A DNA stretch of 64,000 nt from a virus. Both the position numbers and the translations under genes were made by a program. The number at the start of each line of letters is the position of its first letter. The stretch's first letter is position 1. Location of the stretch: the IMG/VR virus record IMGVR_UViG_3300027762_000001. One strand, given 5' to 3'. The notes beneath the pieces were generated by a model. The model was not told the origin of the DNA, made no database searches, and saw only the letters and a list, made by a program, of their open reading frames with translations. Positions 1 to 10,419 of the stretch are shown here, one piece after another.

Positions 1-167
1 TAAATCCGACGGGCAAATACTGTGTAGTAAAAGAAGAGACTATTGATAAGATGATACATGATTACACTTTAAAAGAAGAGATAAAAAAAGTTAGAAAGTG
101 TAAGATATCGCCTGAAGAATTTGATGATTTATTTTATTTTGATTTAAGTGAGGAGTGTACGAGATGA
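1..167 (+). CDS. Partial hypothetical protein (3' end), paralog of 1432..1821
   Basis: Frame from nt 3 reads NPTGKYCVVKEETIDKMI...RKCKISPEEFDDLF, similar to KPTGKFVVVREESLDSIV...RKCLMSAEDFDKIF; its TGA overlaps the next ATG at 164. Confidence 0.7.
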   Translation, partial: NPTGKYCVVKEETIDKMIHDYTLKEEIKKVRKCKISPEEFDDLFYFDLSEECTR

Positions 168-379
168 ATATCATACCATGGTTTCCGGTAATGCCGAATA
201 AAAGTAAGAGAAGAGTAATAACATGTCCTATAGGGGCATTAAAAGATGTTATTTTAAAATTATATCCAAACTATTATGATAGTGGAGCTAATGATAAAAG
301 AAAGATTCTTTTAGAGTTTACAGATGAAATAGGAGAGATGTATGACTTTATGGAGGAGGTAAATGAGTATGGAGAATAA
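164..379 (+). CDS. Hypothetical protein
   Basis: ORF 155..379; GAGGAG RBS favours ATG at 164. Confidence 0.6.
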   Translation: MNIIPWFPVMPNKSKRRVITCPIGALKDVILKLYPNYYDSGANDKRKILLEFTDEIGEMYDFMEEVNEYGE

Positions 380-581
380 AATGAAAAATTATAAAGTAGA
401 GACTGATGGAGAACATAGTGAACCTGAATTTTTCATAGTGACAGCTGAAAATGTAGTAGAGGCTCACAATGTAGTTAGAGATGAAATAGAAAATAAAAAT
501 TATAAATGTGAGATAACGAGTGTCACACTTATAGATACTAAATTTAGAGGGGTAAAAGTAACATCTGAAAGTTGTTGTTAG
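363..581 (+). CDS. Hypothetical protein
   Basis: GGAGG RBS, tightly packed with neighbours. Confidence 0.6.
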   Translation: MSMENKMKNYKVETDGEHSEPEFFIVTAENVVEAHNVVRDEIENKNYKCEITSVTLIDTKFRGVKVTSESCC

Positions 582-681
582 GAGGAGGAATAAGTCATGC
601 TATTAGAAAAAGAAATGATACTTTATATTTTAATACTTATTATAGTTACAGCAGGATTATATAAAGGAGGTCGATAATAGT

Positions 682-1074
682 ATGTTAGAAGTAAGAACTA
701 TAGGTTTTCAAATAAACTATAAAAGGCTAGATAAAAAACTTGCCAAATATCCAAAAACATATTTATGCTGTAAGGTACTATGTTGGTCAGATATTTTAAT
801 GGAGCACAACGCTTATGTTAAAAAATGGTTAAAACCAACATCAAAAGGTACTAGGGCAAATTGCGTTCCAATTGAAACTAAAGAGCAATTTGAAGAAGAA
901 AAGAAAAAGATAGAAGAGTGTATGGACAGATTAAATGATTTTTTATTAAGAAATCCAATGGAGGAGGCATTAGGTTCAAATTTGTATAAACCTCTTTTAA
1001 ATCATGATTTACTTGATAAAGAAGCAGAGGTTTTAAAAGAGATAAAAAAAATAATAAATATAGAGGAGAAATAA
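682..1074 (+). CDS. Hypothetical protein
   Basis: AGGAGG RBS, 130 aa. Confidence 0.65.
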   Translation: MLEVRTIGFQINYKRLDKKLAKYPKTYLCCKVLCWSDILMEHNAYVKKWLKPTSKGTRANCVPIETKEQFEEEKKKIEECMDRLNDFLLRNPMEEALGSNLYKPLLNHDLLDKEAEVLKEIKKIINIEEK

Positions 1075-1077
1075 GTT

Positions 1078-1428
1078 ATGCCATATGTTGATAGAACTTA
1101 TTACTGTAGCATTTGTAACAATGGTCATGATAGTTATCGTGAAGCCGAAATGTGTGAGTTAAAAGATAGGGGAATTGTAGATAAGTTAAAAGAAATCGTA
1201 AGACTTGTAGAGGAATTTAATAAATTAAGTAAAGAGGAAAAGATAAGGATAGGAGGTTATCTTTCTAATTATAGTACTTGCGTATCAACAACTCTTTGTG
1301 ATGTAGAAAAAGCTGAGAATGAAGATAAAAATTTATTTTTTAAAGAAGTTAGAACATTGTTACTTGATAAAGAAACAACCCTTCTATTAGATAAAGCTTA
1401 TAAAGAAATAAAAGAAAAGGAGAAATAA
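1078..1428 (+). CDS. Hypothetical protein with N-terminal CxxC...EAxxCE motif
   Basis: YYCSICNNGHDSYREAEMCE; similar N-terminus in 2386..2676. Confidence 0.65.
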   Translation: MPYVDRTYYCSICNNGHDSYREAEMCELKDRGIVDKLKEIVRLVEEFNKLSKEEKIRIGGYLSNYSTCVSTTLCDVEKAENEDKNLFFKEVRTLLLDKETTLLLDKAYKEIKEKEK

Positions 1429-1431
1429 GTT

Positions 1432-1821
1432 ATGAGTAAAGGTATAAGAGTAAGTAAAAAACATGGATTAAATCCATCAATTAATAAGTGTCTTTATTGT
1501 GGAGAAGATAAAAATGAAATCGTGATATTAGGAAAACTTCCAAATGATGAAGAAGCACCAATGTCTGCTGTATTTAATTATGACCCTTGTGATAAGTGTA
1601 AAGAAGGAATGAGGACAGGTATTTCTTTTTTTGCAACAGGTAAAGATAGAAAGCCTACAGGTAAATTTGTAGTTGTAAGAGAAGAGTCTTTGGATAGTAT
1701 AGTTCCAGATGAAGAGATGAGAGAAAATATAAGAGAATGTAGAAAATGCTTAATGAGTGCAGAAGATTTTGATAAGATATTCGGAGATGTATTAAAAGAT
1801 ATGAAGGAGGAAAAGTCATGA
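1432..1821 (+). CDS. Hypothetical Zn-binding phage protein
   Basis: KHGLNPS, CLYC and CDKC motifs. Confidence 0.7.
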   Translation: MSKGIRVSKKHGLNPSINKCLYCGEDKNEIVILGKLPNDEEAPMSAVFNYDPCDKCKEGMRTGISFFATGKDRKPTGKFVVVREESLDSIVPDEEMRENIRECRKCLMSAEDFDKIFGDVLKDMKEEKS

Positions 1822-2039
1822 TTGACTCAGGCGAAAAAGAATTATTTGATATGTTATTTGGCGATGCCTTTTCTAATAAAGCTGAAAAAGCATTATTAGA
1901 TGAATTAAAAAAGCAATGTAAAGTAGTAGATAATTTAAAAGAAGAGATTGCAAAACTTGCAGTTACTAATTCTCATTTAGTTAAAAAAATAGAAGAATTA
2001 AGAGAGTATGAGCGTATGTATAAAGACTTATGTAAATAG
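1818..2039 (+). CDS. Coiled-coil hypothetical protein
   Basis: ATGA overlap with upstream gene, heptad pattern. Confidence 0.6.
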   Translation: MIDSGEKELFDMLFGDAFSNKAEKALLDELKKQCKVVDNLKEEIAKLAVTNSHLVKKIEELREYERMYKDLCK

Positions 2040-2049
2040 GAGGAAATTA

Positions 2050-2373
2050 ATGAAAGATATAAGTACATTTAAAGTTGTTCATATGGGACACATATTTTAT
2101 GAAGATTGCTCTGTAGTTAATGAAAGCGACCAAGTAATAGAATTAGATGGAAAGACTTACAATGGTTTTTATATAAGCTATAACAGTTATGATATTGCAA
2201 CTTACGGAGATGTAACTACTGCTTTAGTGCTTGGGCAGATGCAAAAGTTTTACATTCTAAATGGCGACCATAGAAAACAATATGAAGAAATTATTGAGCA
2301 GGGATTTTATAAGTGTTTAGAATACTTTAAAAACAATATTAATCAAGCCCATGATAATAGCGATGAATTATAA
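2050..2373 (+). CDS. Hypothetical protein
   Basis: AGGAGG RBS before ATG 2050 within ORF 2008..2373. Confidence 0.65.
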   Translation: MKDISTFKVVHMGHIFYEDCSVVNESDQVIELDGKTYNGFYISYNSYDIATYGDVTTALVLGQMQKFYILNGDHRKQYEEIIEQGFYKCLEYFKNNINQAHDNSDEL

Positions 2374-2385
2374 GGGGGAAATAAA

Positions 2386-2676
2386 ATGCCAGAGACAAAA
2401 TTTAAATGTGGAGAGTGTGGAACATTATATGATGAATATAATGAGGCTGAAGAATGTGAGAATGAGTGTAAGTCTGAAAGAGAAGAAGAACCTATATCAT
2501 GTTATATTAATGTAATTGCAGAATTAATATTATTTAAAAATGATGATTATTATTCTTTATTACCAATATATCAAAAAGACTTAATAGAAAAATATGTTCC
2601 GCCAAGTTCTATATTGGAATTATGGAACTATTTAAATAAGCAAAATCTGAAACCAAGTAAAGGAGATACAATATGA
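2386..2676 (+). CDS. Hypothetical protein, N-terminal Zn ribbon
   Basis: FKCGECGTLYDEYNEAEECE. Confidence 0.65.
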   Translation: MPETKFKCGECGTLYDEYNEAEECENECKSEREEEPISCYINVIAELILFKNDDYYSLLPIYQKDLIEKYVPPSSILELWNYLNKQNLKPSKGDTI

Positions 2677-3653
2677 TTAAGCTACTATTTCTTACAGACA
2701 CACACATAAGAGCCAACTCCCCTGCCTCAAGACTAGATGATTTCCCAAAGACAATATTAAAAAAGTTAGAGTGGGTTGGCAAGAAAGCAAATGAATTAGA
2801 AGTAGATGCAATAATACATGGTGGTGATTGGCTCGATAGACCAGATGCAGTTTATTCAATCTTAAATGATTTTGTAAAGACAATAGTAGATTGGGGAAAG
2901 CCAATCTACACAGTAGCAGGGAACCATGATATATATGGTTTAAATCCTGAAACATTTAATAGAACAGCTTTAGGACTATTGGTAAATGCAAAAATTATAA
3001 CAAGATTATCTTCCGAGCCTATAGTCTTAAAAGATACAGTATCTCTAACAGGAGTCGATAGTCACTATAACTTAGACAAAGACGATAGAGTAGATGACTA
3101 TGTAGATGTAAAAGGAAACGATAACCATACTAAGATTCATGTAGTACATGGCTTTTTAGCGAAGGCTAAATGGGATATGGTACCATCTACCGCCATAAAA
3201 GATATTTTAGATACTAAAGCAGATATTGTGTTAACAGGTCATGAACATACTGGATATGGTGTTGTTAAAAAAGGTCTTAAAACATTTTGTAATCCTGGTG
3301 CATTAGCAAGAGTCACAGCAGGAGTTGGCGATGTAAATCAAGAAGTTAAAGTAGCACTAATAACGATAGGTAAAGAAGGTAAGTTAATTGAACTTATAAA
3401 ACTACCAGAAGATATAGCAAAGCCATCTGGAGAAGTTTTAAATAGAGACAAGCTCTTAGAAGAAAAAGAGCACAAGATAAGGCTTGAGACATTTACAAGT
3501 AATCTTAATAATTTTAATCTTTCAGAGTCACTGTCAATATATACTGTATTAGATGAGATTGCAAAAGAAGAAAAAGTTGATGAGAAAGTTATTAAATTAG
3601 TAAGAGAGAGACTTGAAAAAGCGCAAGAAGAAATGAAAAAAGGAGAGATGTAA
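2673..3653 (+). CDS. sbcD: SbcD/Mre11-like metallophosphoesterase nuclease
   Basis: DTH, GGDWLD, GNHD, HG, GHEH and NPGAL calcineurin-like motifs. Confidence 0.9.
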   Translation: MIKLLFLTDTHIRANSPASRLDDFPKTILKKLEWVGKKANELEVDAIIHGGDWLDRPDAVYSILNDFVKTIVDWGKPIYTVAGNHDIYGLNPETFNRTALGLLVNAKIITRLSSEPIVLKDTVSLTGVDSHYNLDKDDRVDDYVDVKGNDNHTKIHVVHGFLAKAKWDMVPSTAIKDILDTKADIVLTGHEHTGYGVVKKGLKTFCNPGALARVTAGVGDVNQEVKVALITIGKEGKLIELIKLPEDIAKPSGEVLNRDKLLEEKEHKIRLETFTSNLNNFNLSESLSIYTVLDEIAKEEKVDEKVIKLVRERLEKAQEEMKKGEM

Positions 3654-3656
3654 AAA

Positions 3657-4220
3657 ATGGGTACAAGAGGATGTTATGGGTTTTACAAAAATGGAGAGGA
3701 TAAGCTGACATACAATCACTATGATAGCTATCCAAATTACTTAGGAGTAGATGTAGTTGAATTTATTAGAGAAACAAGTATTGAAGAAATGAATGAGATT
3801 TTCGATAAAATAGTAATGATTGACGGTAGTTCTATTCCAACAAAAGAACAGATAGAAGAATGTAGTAAATTTTATAATGGTAGTGTTGGTGAGGGAACTC
3901 GTAAAGATTGGTATTGTTTACTAAGAAGTTCGCAAGGTGATTTAAAAGTATATAAAGAAAGTCTCAAATATATGATAGATGATAAAAAATTCATGGGAGA
4001 TAGTCTTTTTTGTGAATGGGCATATGTAATAAATTTGGATGATAAGCTTTTTGAAATTTATAGAGGTTTTCAAAAATCTTTAGTAGAAAATAGGTATAAA
4101 AAATATGTTCTTTTACCAGTTGATAATTACTATAATGTTAAGTTATTAAAAACCTATCCATTAGATGATATATCAGAAGATTGGATAAATGAAGTTGAAA
4201 AAATGGATAAAGAAGATTAA
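3657..4220 (+). CDS. Phage hypothetical protein (MGTRG...YNHYDSYP type)
   Basis: YNHYDSYP and CEWAYVINLD motifs recalled from phage hypotheticals. Confidence 0.7.
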   Translation: MGTRGCYGFYKNGEDKLTYNHYDSYPNYLGVDVVEFIRETSIEEMNEIFDKIVMIDGSSIPTKEQIEECSKFYNGSVGEGTRKDWYCLLRSSQGDLKVYKESLKYMIDDKKFMGDSLFCEWAYVINLDDKLFEIYRGFQKSLVENRYKKYVLLPVDNYYNVKLLKTYPLDDISEDWINEVEKMDKED

Positions 4221-4287
4221 AAAATATATAAAAAACTTATCAAAAATATATAAATAAGTGTTAAAATTATAGATGAGGTGATATTTT

Positions 4288-4572
4288 TTGAGAAAGAGAT
4301 TTAGATATAACTGTATTGATTGTCCATCTGTCCTAATAAAAGAATTAAATTTTATTAAAGATAATAAGAAAGAAATAAACTACAGAGCATTTCTAACTAA
4401 TATAGACAAGGTAAAATTTTCAGACATATGTGAAGATTTAGGATATGCACATCACTACACGAAAGGTATGATAATAAAAGATGACCCATACGTATCTTAT
4501 TATAAATGTAAATTACCTCATTCGACAGCGTATATTATGATTCACTCCGCCATAGAATATGTGTTTTATTAG
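4288..4572 (+). CDS. Phage hypothetical protein
   Basis: GAGGTG RBS, TTG start, C-terminal HSAIEYVF. Confidence 0.6.
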   Translation: MRKRFRYNCIDCPSVLIKELNFIKDNKKEINYRAFLTNIDKVKFSDICEDLGYAHHYTKGMIIKDDPYVSYYKCKLPHSTAYIMIHSAIEYVFY

Positions 4573-4589
4573 AGAGGAGATGATAATTT

Positions 4590-5093
4590 TTGAATTTAGA
4601 AATAAGGCGCGTCTCAAGAAAAGACGCTGTCCCGAGAAAATTAACTAAAGATATTATTTGCCCAGTTTGCAAGGGAGACGAAAAATCGGATGAATATCGA
4701 ATGATTAAAGTTCAAATTTTAAACATGGTAAATAATATAAATTCAAGCAGCGCCACTTCATCTGACACAAAAGATAAAGTAAAAGAATATGTTGAAAATG
4801 TTTATGATAGCAGTAAAAATGCAGAACATATCCATAAAGTAGTATTAAACTTAGGAGAAAAGATGGGCCTTTCTGAAGATTGGGATAAATGCTCTCACTG
4901 CAAAAACCCCAACTTAATAGCAAGACTTAATAAGGAGAAAGGGTATCAGATTTTTTATGTGAAAGAAGATAATGGCTTTATAGTATTTGAAGAGGCTATA
5001 TCACCAACTATGACTTATGTGACAGATTTAAAGGATTGGTACTTTGACACATTTTCAAAGTGGGCACCCGATATATTTAAAGAGGAGGATTAA
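4590..5093 (+). CDS. Hypothetical protein, two CxxC pairs
   Basis: CPVCKG and CSHCK. Confidence 0.6.
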   Translation: MNLEIRRVSRKDAVPRKLTKDIICPVCKGDEKSDEYRMIKVQILNMVNNINSSSATSSDTKDKVKEYVENVYDSSKNAEHIHKVVLNLGEKMGLSEDWDKCSHCKNPNLIARLNKEKGYQIFYVKEDNGFIVFEEAISPTMTYVTDLKDWYFDTFSKWAPDIFKEED

Positions 5094-5098
5094 TTTTT

Positions 5099-5350
5099 GT
5101 GGACATAAAAGGAAGGATGCAAGGTGAGCTAGAAGTAAAAAGATTTTATTTAGACGGACTTAAAGTAACTTATAGATGTCCTAAATGTTATTTAGTACAC
5201 AATTATGATGACTATCTTAGTAATCCACCTATAAATAAAGTCTTTGATATGGAGTTTTATTGTGATAATTGTGAGCATGAGTGGACTGAGGCTGCAAAGC
5301 TTAGTATAAACTTAATTAAAAAACCGAATTTAAATAAGAAGGAGAATTAA
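5099..5350 (+). CDS. Small Zn-ribbon protein
   Basis: CPKC...CDNCEHEW. Confidence 0.65.
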   Translation: MDIKGRMQGELEVKRFYLDGLKVTYRCPKCYLVHNYDDYLSNPPINKVFDMEFYCDNCEHEWTEAAKLSINLIKKPNLNKKEN

Positions 5351-5352
5351 AA

Positions 5353-6240
5353 ATGAGTCATTTTGTAGTAGGTATTATCCATCATGAGGAGCAAGATATA
5401 GAGGATTTATTGACGCCTTATGATTGTGAAAAAGAAGTTGAAAGGTATATAGATTATACAAAAGAAGAGTTAATAGAAAAAGGTAAAAAAGAAATTGAGA
5501 ATTATAAAAATAGTAATTATAAAGAATATTTAGAAGACCCTAAAGCGTACAAGGAAACAAGATGCATTAAAGATGATAATGAGCATATTAATTATTTAGA
5601 AAATGAATTTCCTAAGATGCTAAAGTGGTCTGACGAAGAGATTTATAAAAATCAACTAAAGTATTATAAAGAAGAAGATATAGGCGAAGATGGAAATGTT
5701 TATTCAAACTATAATCCAGATTCAAGATGGGATTGGTATCAAATTGGCGGAAGATGGTCCGGGTTATTAAAATTAAAGCCAGGCGCTACAACAGGTAAAT
5801 TAGGTGATAGAAGTTGGACAAATAAAGATTTAGATATTCCAAAAGATAGAGCTGACATAGCCCAAATAAAAGATATAGACTTTTCTGTAAGTGAAGATTC
5901 ATACAAAAAGTTAATCAGATTTTGGGAATTAAAAGTTGAAGGTCAAGAGCCTCAAAATGAAGAAGAAAAAGAGATGGTTGAATCTAGTCATCTAAATAAG
6001 GAGTTTTATAAAGATAGATACAAAACTAAAGAAGAGTATGCAAAATGTGCATCTTCATTTAGTACTTTTGCTGTAATAACTCCAGATGCGGAGTGGCATG
6101 AAAAAGGTGAGATGGGATGGTGGGGTTTATCATCTGAAAATCATGAAGATGCATTTAACTGGGAAAAAGATTGGTATGATGTATTTATAAAAAATACAGA
6201 TGAAGAACTATATTTAACTATAGTAGATTGTCACATTTAA
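5353..6240 (+). CDS. Phage hypothetical protein (NPxxxWDWYxIGGRW type)
   Basis: MSHF start, [16 protein letters not shown]-terminal VDCHI. Confidence 0.75.
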   Translation: MSHFVVGIIHHEEQDIEDLLTPYDCEKEVERYIDYTKEELIEKGKKEIENYKNSNYKEYLEDPKAYKETRCIKDDNEHINYLENEFPKMLKWSDEEIYKNQLKYYKEEDIGEDGNVYSNYNPDSRWDWYQIGGRWSGLLKLKPGATTGKLGDRSWTNKDLDIPKDRADIAQIKDIDFSVSEDSYKKLIRFWELKVEGQEPQNEEEKEMVESSHLNKEFYKDRYKTKEEYAKCASSFSTFAVITPDAEWHEKGEMGWWGLSSENHEDAFNWEKDWYDVFIKNTDEELYLTIVDCHI

Positions 6241-6254
6241 AGGAGCTGATAAAT

Positions 6255-6917
6255 TTGAGCAGAATATCATGGGACACATACTTTATGAAGATTGCAGAGT
6301 TTGCAAAAGAGCGTTCAACCTGTATAAGAAGACAAGTTGGAGCTATTATTGTAAGAGATAACAGAATACTTTCAACAGGGTACAATGGAGCACCATCTGG
6401 TTGCTCTCATTGTACTAAGGATGGATGCATGAGAGAGAAGTTAAATATTCCATCAGGAGAGAGACATGAAATATGTTGCGCTGTTCATGCAGAGCAAAAT
6501 GCAATAGCTCAAGCAGCATATAGTGGAACATCTGTAAAAGATGCAACAATGTATATTACATGTCAGCCATGCTCTATTTGTAGTAAACTTATGATTAATG
6601 CAGGGATTAAAAAAATAGTATTTGAAGGAGATTATCCTGATGATTTCTCATTAAATTTTTTGAAGGAAGCAGGAGTTAGAGTCGTAAAGCTAGACGATGA
6701 AAAGAAAACAATAGGGGAGTGGTGTCAAAAATTAGATATGGACATATTTACTTATGAGGGATTCAATAGAGAAGACCTTGATTTATTTGAAAGAAAATTC
6801 AGTAGAGCAGATTTTCTAAAAAATGTTGCACGTTGCTCAATGATACATGTTACACCAAATATATATAATGAACTTGAAAATTATAAATTATCAAAAGGGG
6901 GACATTTAAATGATTAA
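6255..6917 (+). CDS. dCMP deaminase with C-terminal extension
   Basis: [26 protein letters not shown]; AGGAG RBS favours TTG at 6255 (ORF open from 6228). Confidence 0.9.
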   Translation: MSRISWDTYFMKIAEFAKERSTCIRRQVGAIIVRDNRILSTGYNGAPSGCSHCTKDGCMREKLNIPSGERHEICCAVHAEQNAIAQAAYSGTSVKDATMYITCQPCSICSKLMINAGIKKIVFEGDYPDDFSLNFLKEAGVRVVKLDDEKKTIGEWCQKLDMDIFTYEGFNREDLDLFERKFSRADFLKNVARCSMIHVTPNIYNELENYKLSKGGHLND

Positions 6918-7533
6918 AATTTATACTGTTTACAAGAAAGATACTAAAGAGAAGTTAGAGTATAGGTTAACTGAGCATGAGGTTGACACCTATATCTTTG
7001 AGCTCGAAAATAACGACAGATTAAATGGTATTCATATCGAAGATGCTTATGAAGTAAAAGAAGAAGAGATGGACCTACCTATCAAAATGGGCTTATCGTC
7101 ACTTACTAATACTATCTATATGGGAGAGACAATAATAGAAGATGACTCTGAAATTTGGCATAACAAAATAGACGTAACAGACCAAGCATTAACTATAGTA
7201 TTTGAGCATCTTTACAATAAAGCAAAAGAGACAGGACATTTTGAGATGTATTTAAAGGGTTATGGTAAATTAGCATTTGATATTGATAATTACACATCAT
7301 CAATAGATAAAAGTGAAGGTAGAGTAATAAAAAGATTAAATAAAGAAAAGGGGCAATATGATACAGTAATTTTTGAAGATTTAAAAGATGGAGATATATT
7401 TCAAGTATATGATAATGAAAAGTTACATATAGACGAAGAGGGTTATGATACATGGAAGGCAGTATCAGATCCATATCTTTATCATCCAGGAATATTAACT
7501 ATAGATGTGGATTTCGTAAAAAGAGGAGGTTAA
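6910..7533 (+). CDS. Hypothetical acidic protein
   Basis: RBS, overlap with upstream gene. Confidence 0.6.
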   Translation: MIKIYTVYKKDTKEKLEYRLTEHEVDTYIFELENNDRLNGIHIEDAYEVKEEEMDLPIKMGLSSLTNTIYMGETIIEDDSEIWHNKIDVTDQALTIVFEHLYNKAKETGHFEMYLKGYGKLAFDIDNYTSSIDKSEGRVIKRLNKEKGQYDTVIFEDLKDGDIFQVYDNEKLHIDEEGYDTWKAVSDPYLYHPGILTIDVDFVKRGG

Positions 7534-7537
7534 AGCT

Positions 7538-7915
7538 TTGAAAAAGTGTGGGGGAATATACAATGTGTTGGCATCAAAAAATGTGGGACCTAATAATATA
7601 TCAAAGATATATTTAACAAAAAGAGTTGGGGAAAAAAGTGATACTATAACCTCAACAATAGATAATCCGATTATCTATTTAAGTTACAAAGAATCTATTA
7701 ATAATTCAATAATATTAACCTTGAAGCCTAACAGAGTAAGAAAGTTTTTAATAAATCTAGCAAGTAAGCTTAATTTATATTCTTTGGAATTTTATTTATT
7801 AGCTTATAAAGAAGAGCTCGAAGTTGTTATAGCGGGAAGTATATATAAAGTTCCAAAGGGAAACTTGTATTACGGTTATAATCATATTCACTTAGAGAAA
7901 AATCTAATAATCTAA
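7538..7915 (+). CDS. Hypothetical protein
   Basis: GGAGG RBS. Confidence 0.5.
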   Translation: MKKCGGIYNVLASKNVGPNNISKIYLTKRVGEKSDTITSTIDNPIIYLSYKESINNSIILTLKPNRVRKFLINLASKLNLYSLEFYLLAYKEELEVVIAGSIYKVPKGNLYYGYNHIHLEKNLII

Positions 7916-7934
7916 AAAAGGATGGTGTTCGCAT

Positions 7935-8096
7935 ATGATGGAGAAGTATGGCGTTGAGAATGAAAAGTTACCACCAACTAAAGAGCAATGGGATGAAATT
8001 AATTTTCTTTACAGAAATGGCTGTGAATTTAAGTTACCAAAAAGTAGACAGGAAGCGGAAGATATTTTAGAGAAGTTTGCTAAAAAGGGTGATTAA
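7935..8096 (+). CDS. 53-aa protein not in ORF track
   Basis: MMEKYGVENEKLPPTKEQWDEINFL...PKSRQEAEDILEKFAKKGD, translated by hand; fills the gap. Confidence 0.6.
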   Translation: MMEKYGVENEKLPPTKEQWDEINFLYRNGCEFKLPKSRQEAEDILEKFAKKGD

Positions 8097-8098
8097 GA

Positions 8099-8353
8099 AT
8101 GATTAATGAATTTGATTTATTAAAAGATTGTAAGAAAACTTTAGATGAATTAAAAGAATCTATTGAGGGTAAAGGGTTAACAGAAAAATCAACAGCAAAA
8201 CAAAGATCATACATTTACGGATTATGTGAACAAACGGGTGTAGACGTAAGAAAGTATAACATGAAAGACTTAAGTAAAGGTGAGGCATCAGAAATCATAG
8301 AAGAGTTGGAGTCCTTAAGGGACTTCGACTCTGATGATTTGGATTTATTTTAA
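8099..8353 (+). CDS. Small helical protein (T-x-K-Q...S-K-x-E-A-S, DUF3072-like), acidic tail ending DDLDLF
   Basis: STAKQRSYIYGL...LSKGEASEIIEEL. Confidence 0.6.
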   Translation: MINEFDLLKDCKKTLDELKESIEGKGLTEKSTAKQRSYIYGLCEQTGVDVRKYNMKDLSKGEASEIIEELESLRDFDSDDLDLF

Positions 8354-8370
8354 TAGACGGAGGCTTAAAC

Positions 8371-9519
8371 ATGGAGAAATTTAAACTAAAGAAAAACATA
8401 AAAATAACAAGAACAACAAAGCTTTATGAACTACCGCTTAAATATTTAAGTAAGAATTCAAAGTTTGAAGAAGGCACAGTTTCTTGCAACAAAAAAATAA
8501 TGAGAAAATATATAAGCCTTTTAAATGAGGATACTTCAATATTTCCTTCTGGAACTAAAGTTAACTTTAGAGCTATGATTTCAAAAAAAGAAAGAGCACT
8601 AAAGAAAAATGGAAGTCCTTACATTTATATAGAAGTTAATGATGGAGAAGGTGTTATCGGATCTCCTATCTGGACAAATAACTTTAGAGTTTATGAGTCA
8701 GGAAATATAACTTTAAAAGATTTCGATGATTTAAGTATTGGTGATGTAGTAGATATATCTGGAGATTTGTCGTTTTTTGATGAAAAGCCTCAAGTTCAAA
8801 ATCCAGAATTTACAGTTATAAAAGAATTAAGTAAAGTAGATTACTTAGATAAGTATGAAATAGATTTCGAATTTGAATTATTATTAAAAATTATAAATGA
8901 ACTTCCAGAACATTATTCAAGGTTTGCAAAAAGAGCCTTAGGATTAGATGGAGACATAGAAAAGTGGGTAAAATTTATGATAGCTCCTGCAGCAAAAAGT
9001 CATCATCATGCTAAATTAGGAGGATTATTCTTACACACTTTAGGGGTTGCTACAAATATAATAAGTATAAGGGATTCATATGATGATAAATTCCATTATG
9101 CAAGAGCTGCCTTAAAGGGCTCCATTGCTTCTGATAAAATAAACTACGACAGACTTATCTTAACTGCAATCCTACATGACTTCATGAAGATTGAAGATTA
9201 TAGTAGTCTAAATAACTTTGTAACTATGATGAATCATATAAAAGAAAATGAATCTTTTATAGAAGAAGAATATGAAGAAAATGATAAACATAATAAGTGC
9301 GACCATATTCCAAGAGGAGTAGCATATATTCATGAAATAAATAAAGAACTAGATAATATTTTAAGCAAAGAAGAAGTGGATAGCATTTGTTATTCTATGT
9401 TATCTCATCATGGTCAATGGTCTCCATATTCTCCAAAATCAATAGAGGATTTACTACTTCACTTAGCGGATATGATTGATTCTAAGATATATAAGTTTAA
9501 TGAGACAGGGGCGATTTAG
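8371..9519 (+). CDS. YhaM/Cbf1-like OB-fold plus HD-domain 3'-5' exonuclease
   Basis: PAAKSHHHAKLGGLFLHT, ILHD, SHHG, LHLADMIDS. Confidence 0.85.
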   Translation: MEKFKLKKNIKITRTTKLYELPLKYLSKNSKFEEGTVSCNKKIMRKYISLLNEDTSIFPSGTKVNFRAMISKKERALKKNGSPYIYIEVNDGEGVIGSPIWTNNFRVYESGNITLKDFDDLSIGDVVDISGDLSFFDEKPQVQNPEFTVIKELSKVDYLDKYEIDFEFELLLKIINELPEHYSRFAKRALGLDGDIEKWVKFMIAPAAKSHHHAKLGGLFLHTLGVATNIISIRDSYDDKFHYARAALKGSIASDKINYDRLILTAILHDFMKIEDYSSLNNFVTMMNHIKENESFIEEEYEENDKHNKCDHIPRGVAYIHEINKELDNILSKEEVDSICYSMLSHHGQWSPYSPKSIEDLLLHLADMIDSKIYKFNETGAI

Positions 9520-9927
9520 ATGGTATGGCCAAAGTTAGTTGATTATATGCCTAATGACCCCATAGATAGCACAATGTATTATGTTAGATCTTTAAGGAAA
9601 GCTTACATTTATAAAAAAGATGATGGTTTTATAGAAATTTATAGTGATGCAAGTTTATATCACAATAAAGTTCTTAATAATTACAGAGACATTAGACGGA
9701 GGGATTGTATAAATCTAAAAATAACTGATTACTATATAGTAGCATATAAAGTAGATTTACCAAAGAGTGCATATATGGGCCATTTATATTATTGTTCACA
9801 AACTAATGAAATATATGTAGGAGCAGGAATAGGAAATCCTTTGGTATTGGCTAGCCCAGTAAAGAGTAAACTTAGAAAATGTATAGATTGGATTAAGGCT
9901 AAAATTAGAAAATGGAGTGATAAATAA
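9520..9927 (+). CDS. Hypothetical protein with Mtd_N-like motif
   Basis: DLPKSAYMGHLYYCSQTNEIYVGAG. Confidence 0.55.
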   Translation: MVWPKLVDYMPNDPIDSTMYYVRSLRKAYIYKKDDGFIEIYSDASLYHNKVLNNYRDIRRRDCINLKITDYYIVAYKVDLPKSAYMGHLYYCSQTNEIYVGAGIGNPLVLASPVKSKLRKCIDWIKAKIRKWSDK

Positions 9928-10419
9928 ATGGCCACCATACGATTTAAAAGAGGTAATAAAAAAGATTTACCAAAATACGCACAAGAAGGAGAGCCTTTAT
10001 TTTGTTTAGATACTCTTGAGCTTTATATCGGAAGAGGCGATAAAAAGTCCACAAGAAGAATAGGCATTATAGACCCTGAGGGTTTTGAATCAATTCATAA
10101 GTATTACAGAGGCTATATATCAAAACTATATAATATTAAAGGAGATTATATAGTAAAAGATTCATTTACGCAGGAGGGATATAAAATTATGTACGCTATA
10201 CATGTAGGCAGTACAAAAGATTTGCCTGAGCATGCAGAAAAAGGTACATTGTATTTTTGTGATGAGACTTGCTATTTATATAAGGGTATGGGTAAAAATG
10301 AAGGATTAAAAATAGTTAGAAAGGTTAGTTTATTATCTAAGATTAAAGAGTTCTTTAAAAACAGTTATTACAGAATTAAAAATATAAAAGAAAAAATGAG
10401 GAGAAAATATGGAATCTAA
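9928..10419 (+). CDS. Protein with two Mtd_N/hyaluronidase N-terminal-like motifs
   Basis: MATIRFKRG...EGEPLFCLDTLELYIG and DLPEHAEKGTLYFCDETCYLYKG. Confidence 0.65.
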   Translation: MATIRFKRGNKKDLPKYAQEGEPLFCLDTLELYIGRGDKKSTRRIGIIDPEGFESIHKYYRGYISKLYNIKGDYIVKDSFTQEGYKIMYAIHVGSTKDLPEHAEKGTLYFCDETCYLYKGMGKNEGLKIVRKVSLLSKIKEFFKNSYYRIKNIKEKMRRKYGI

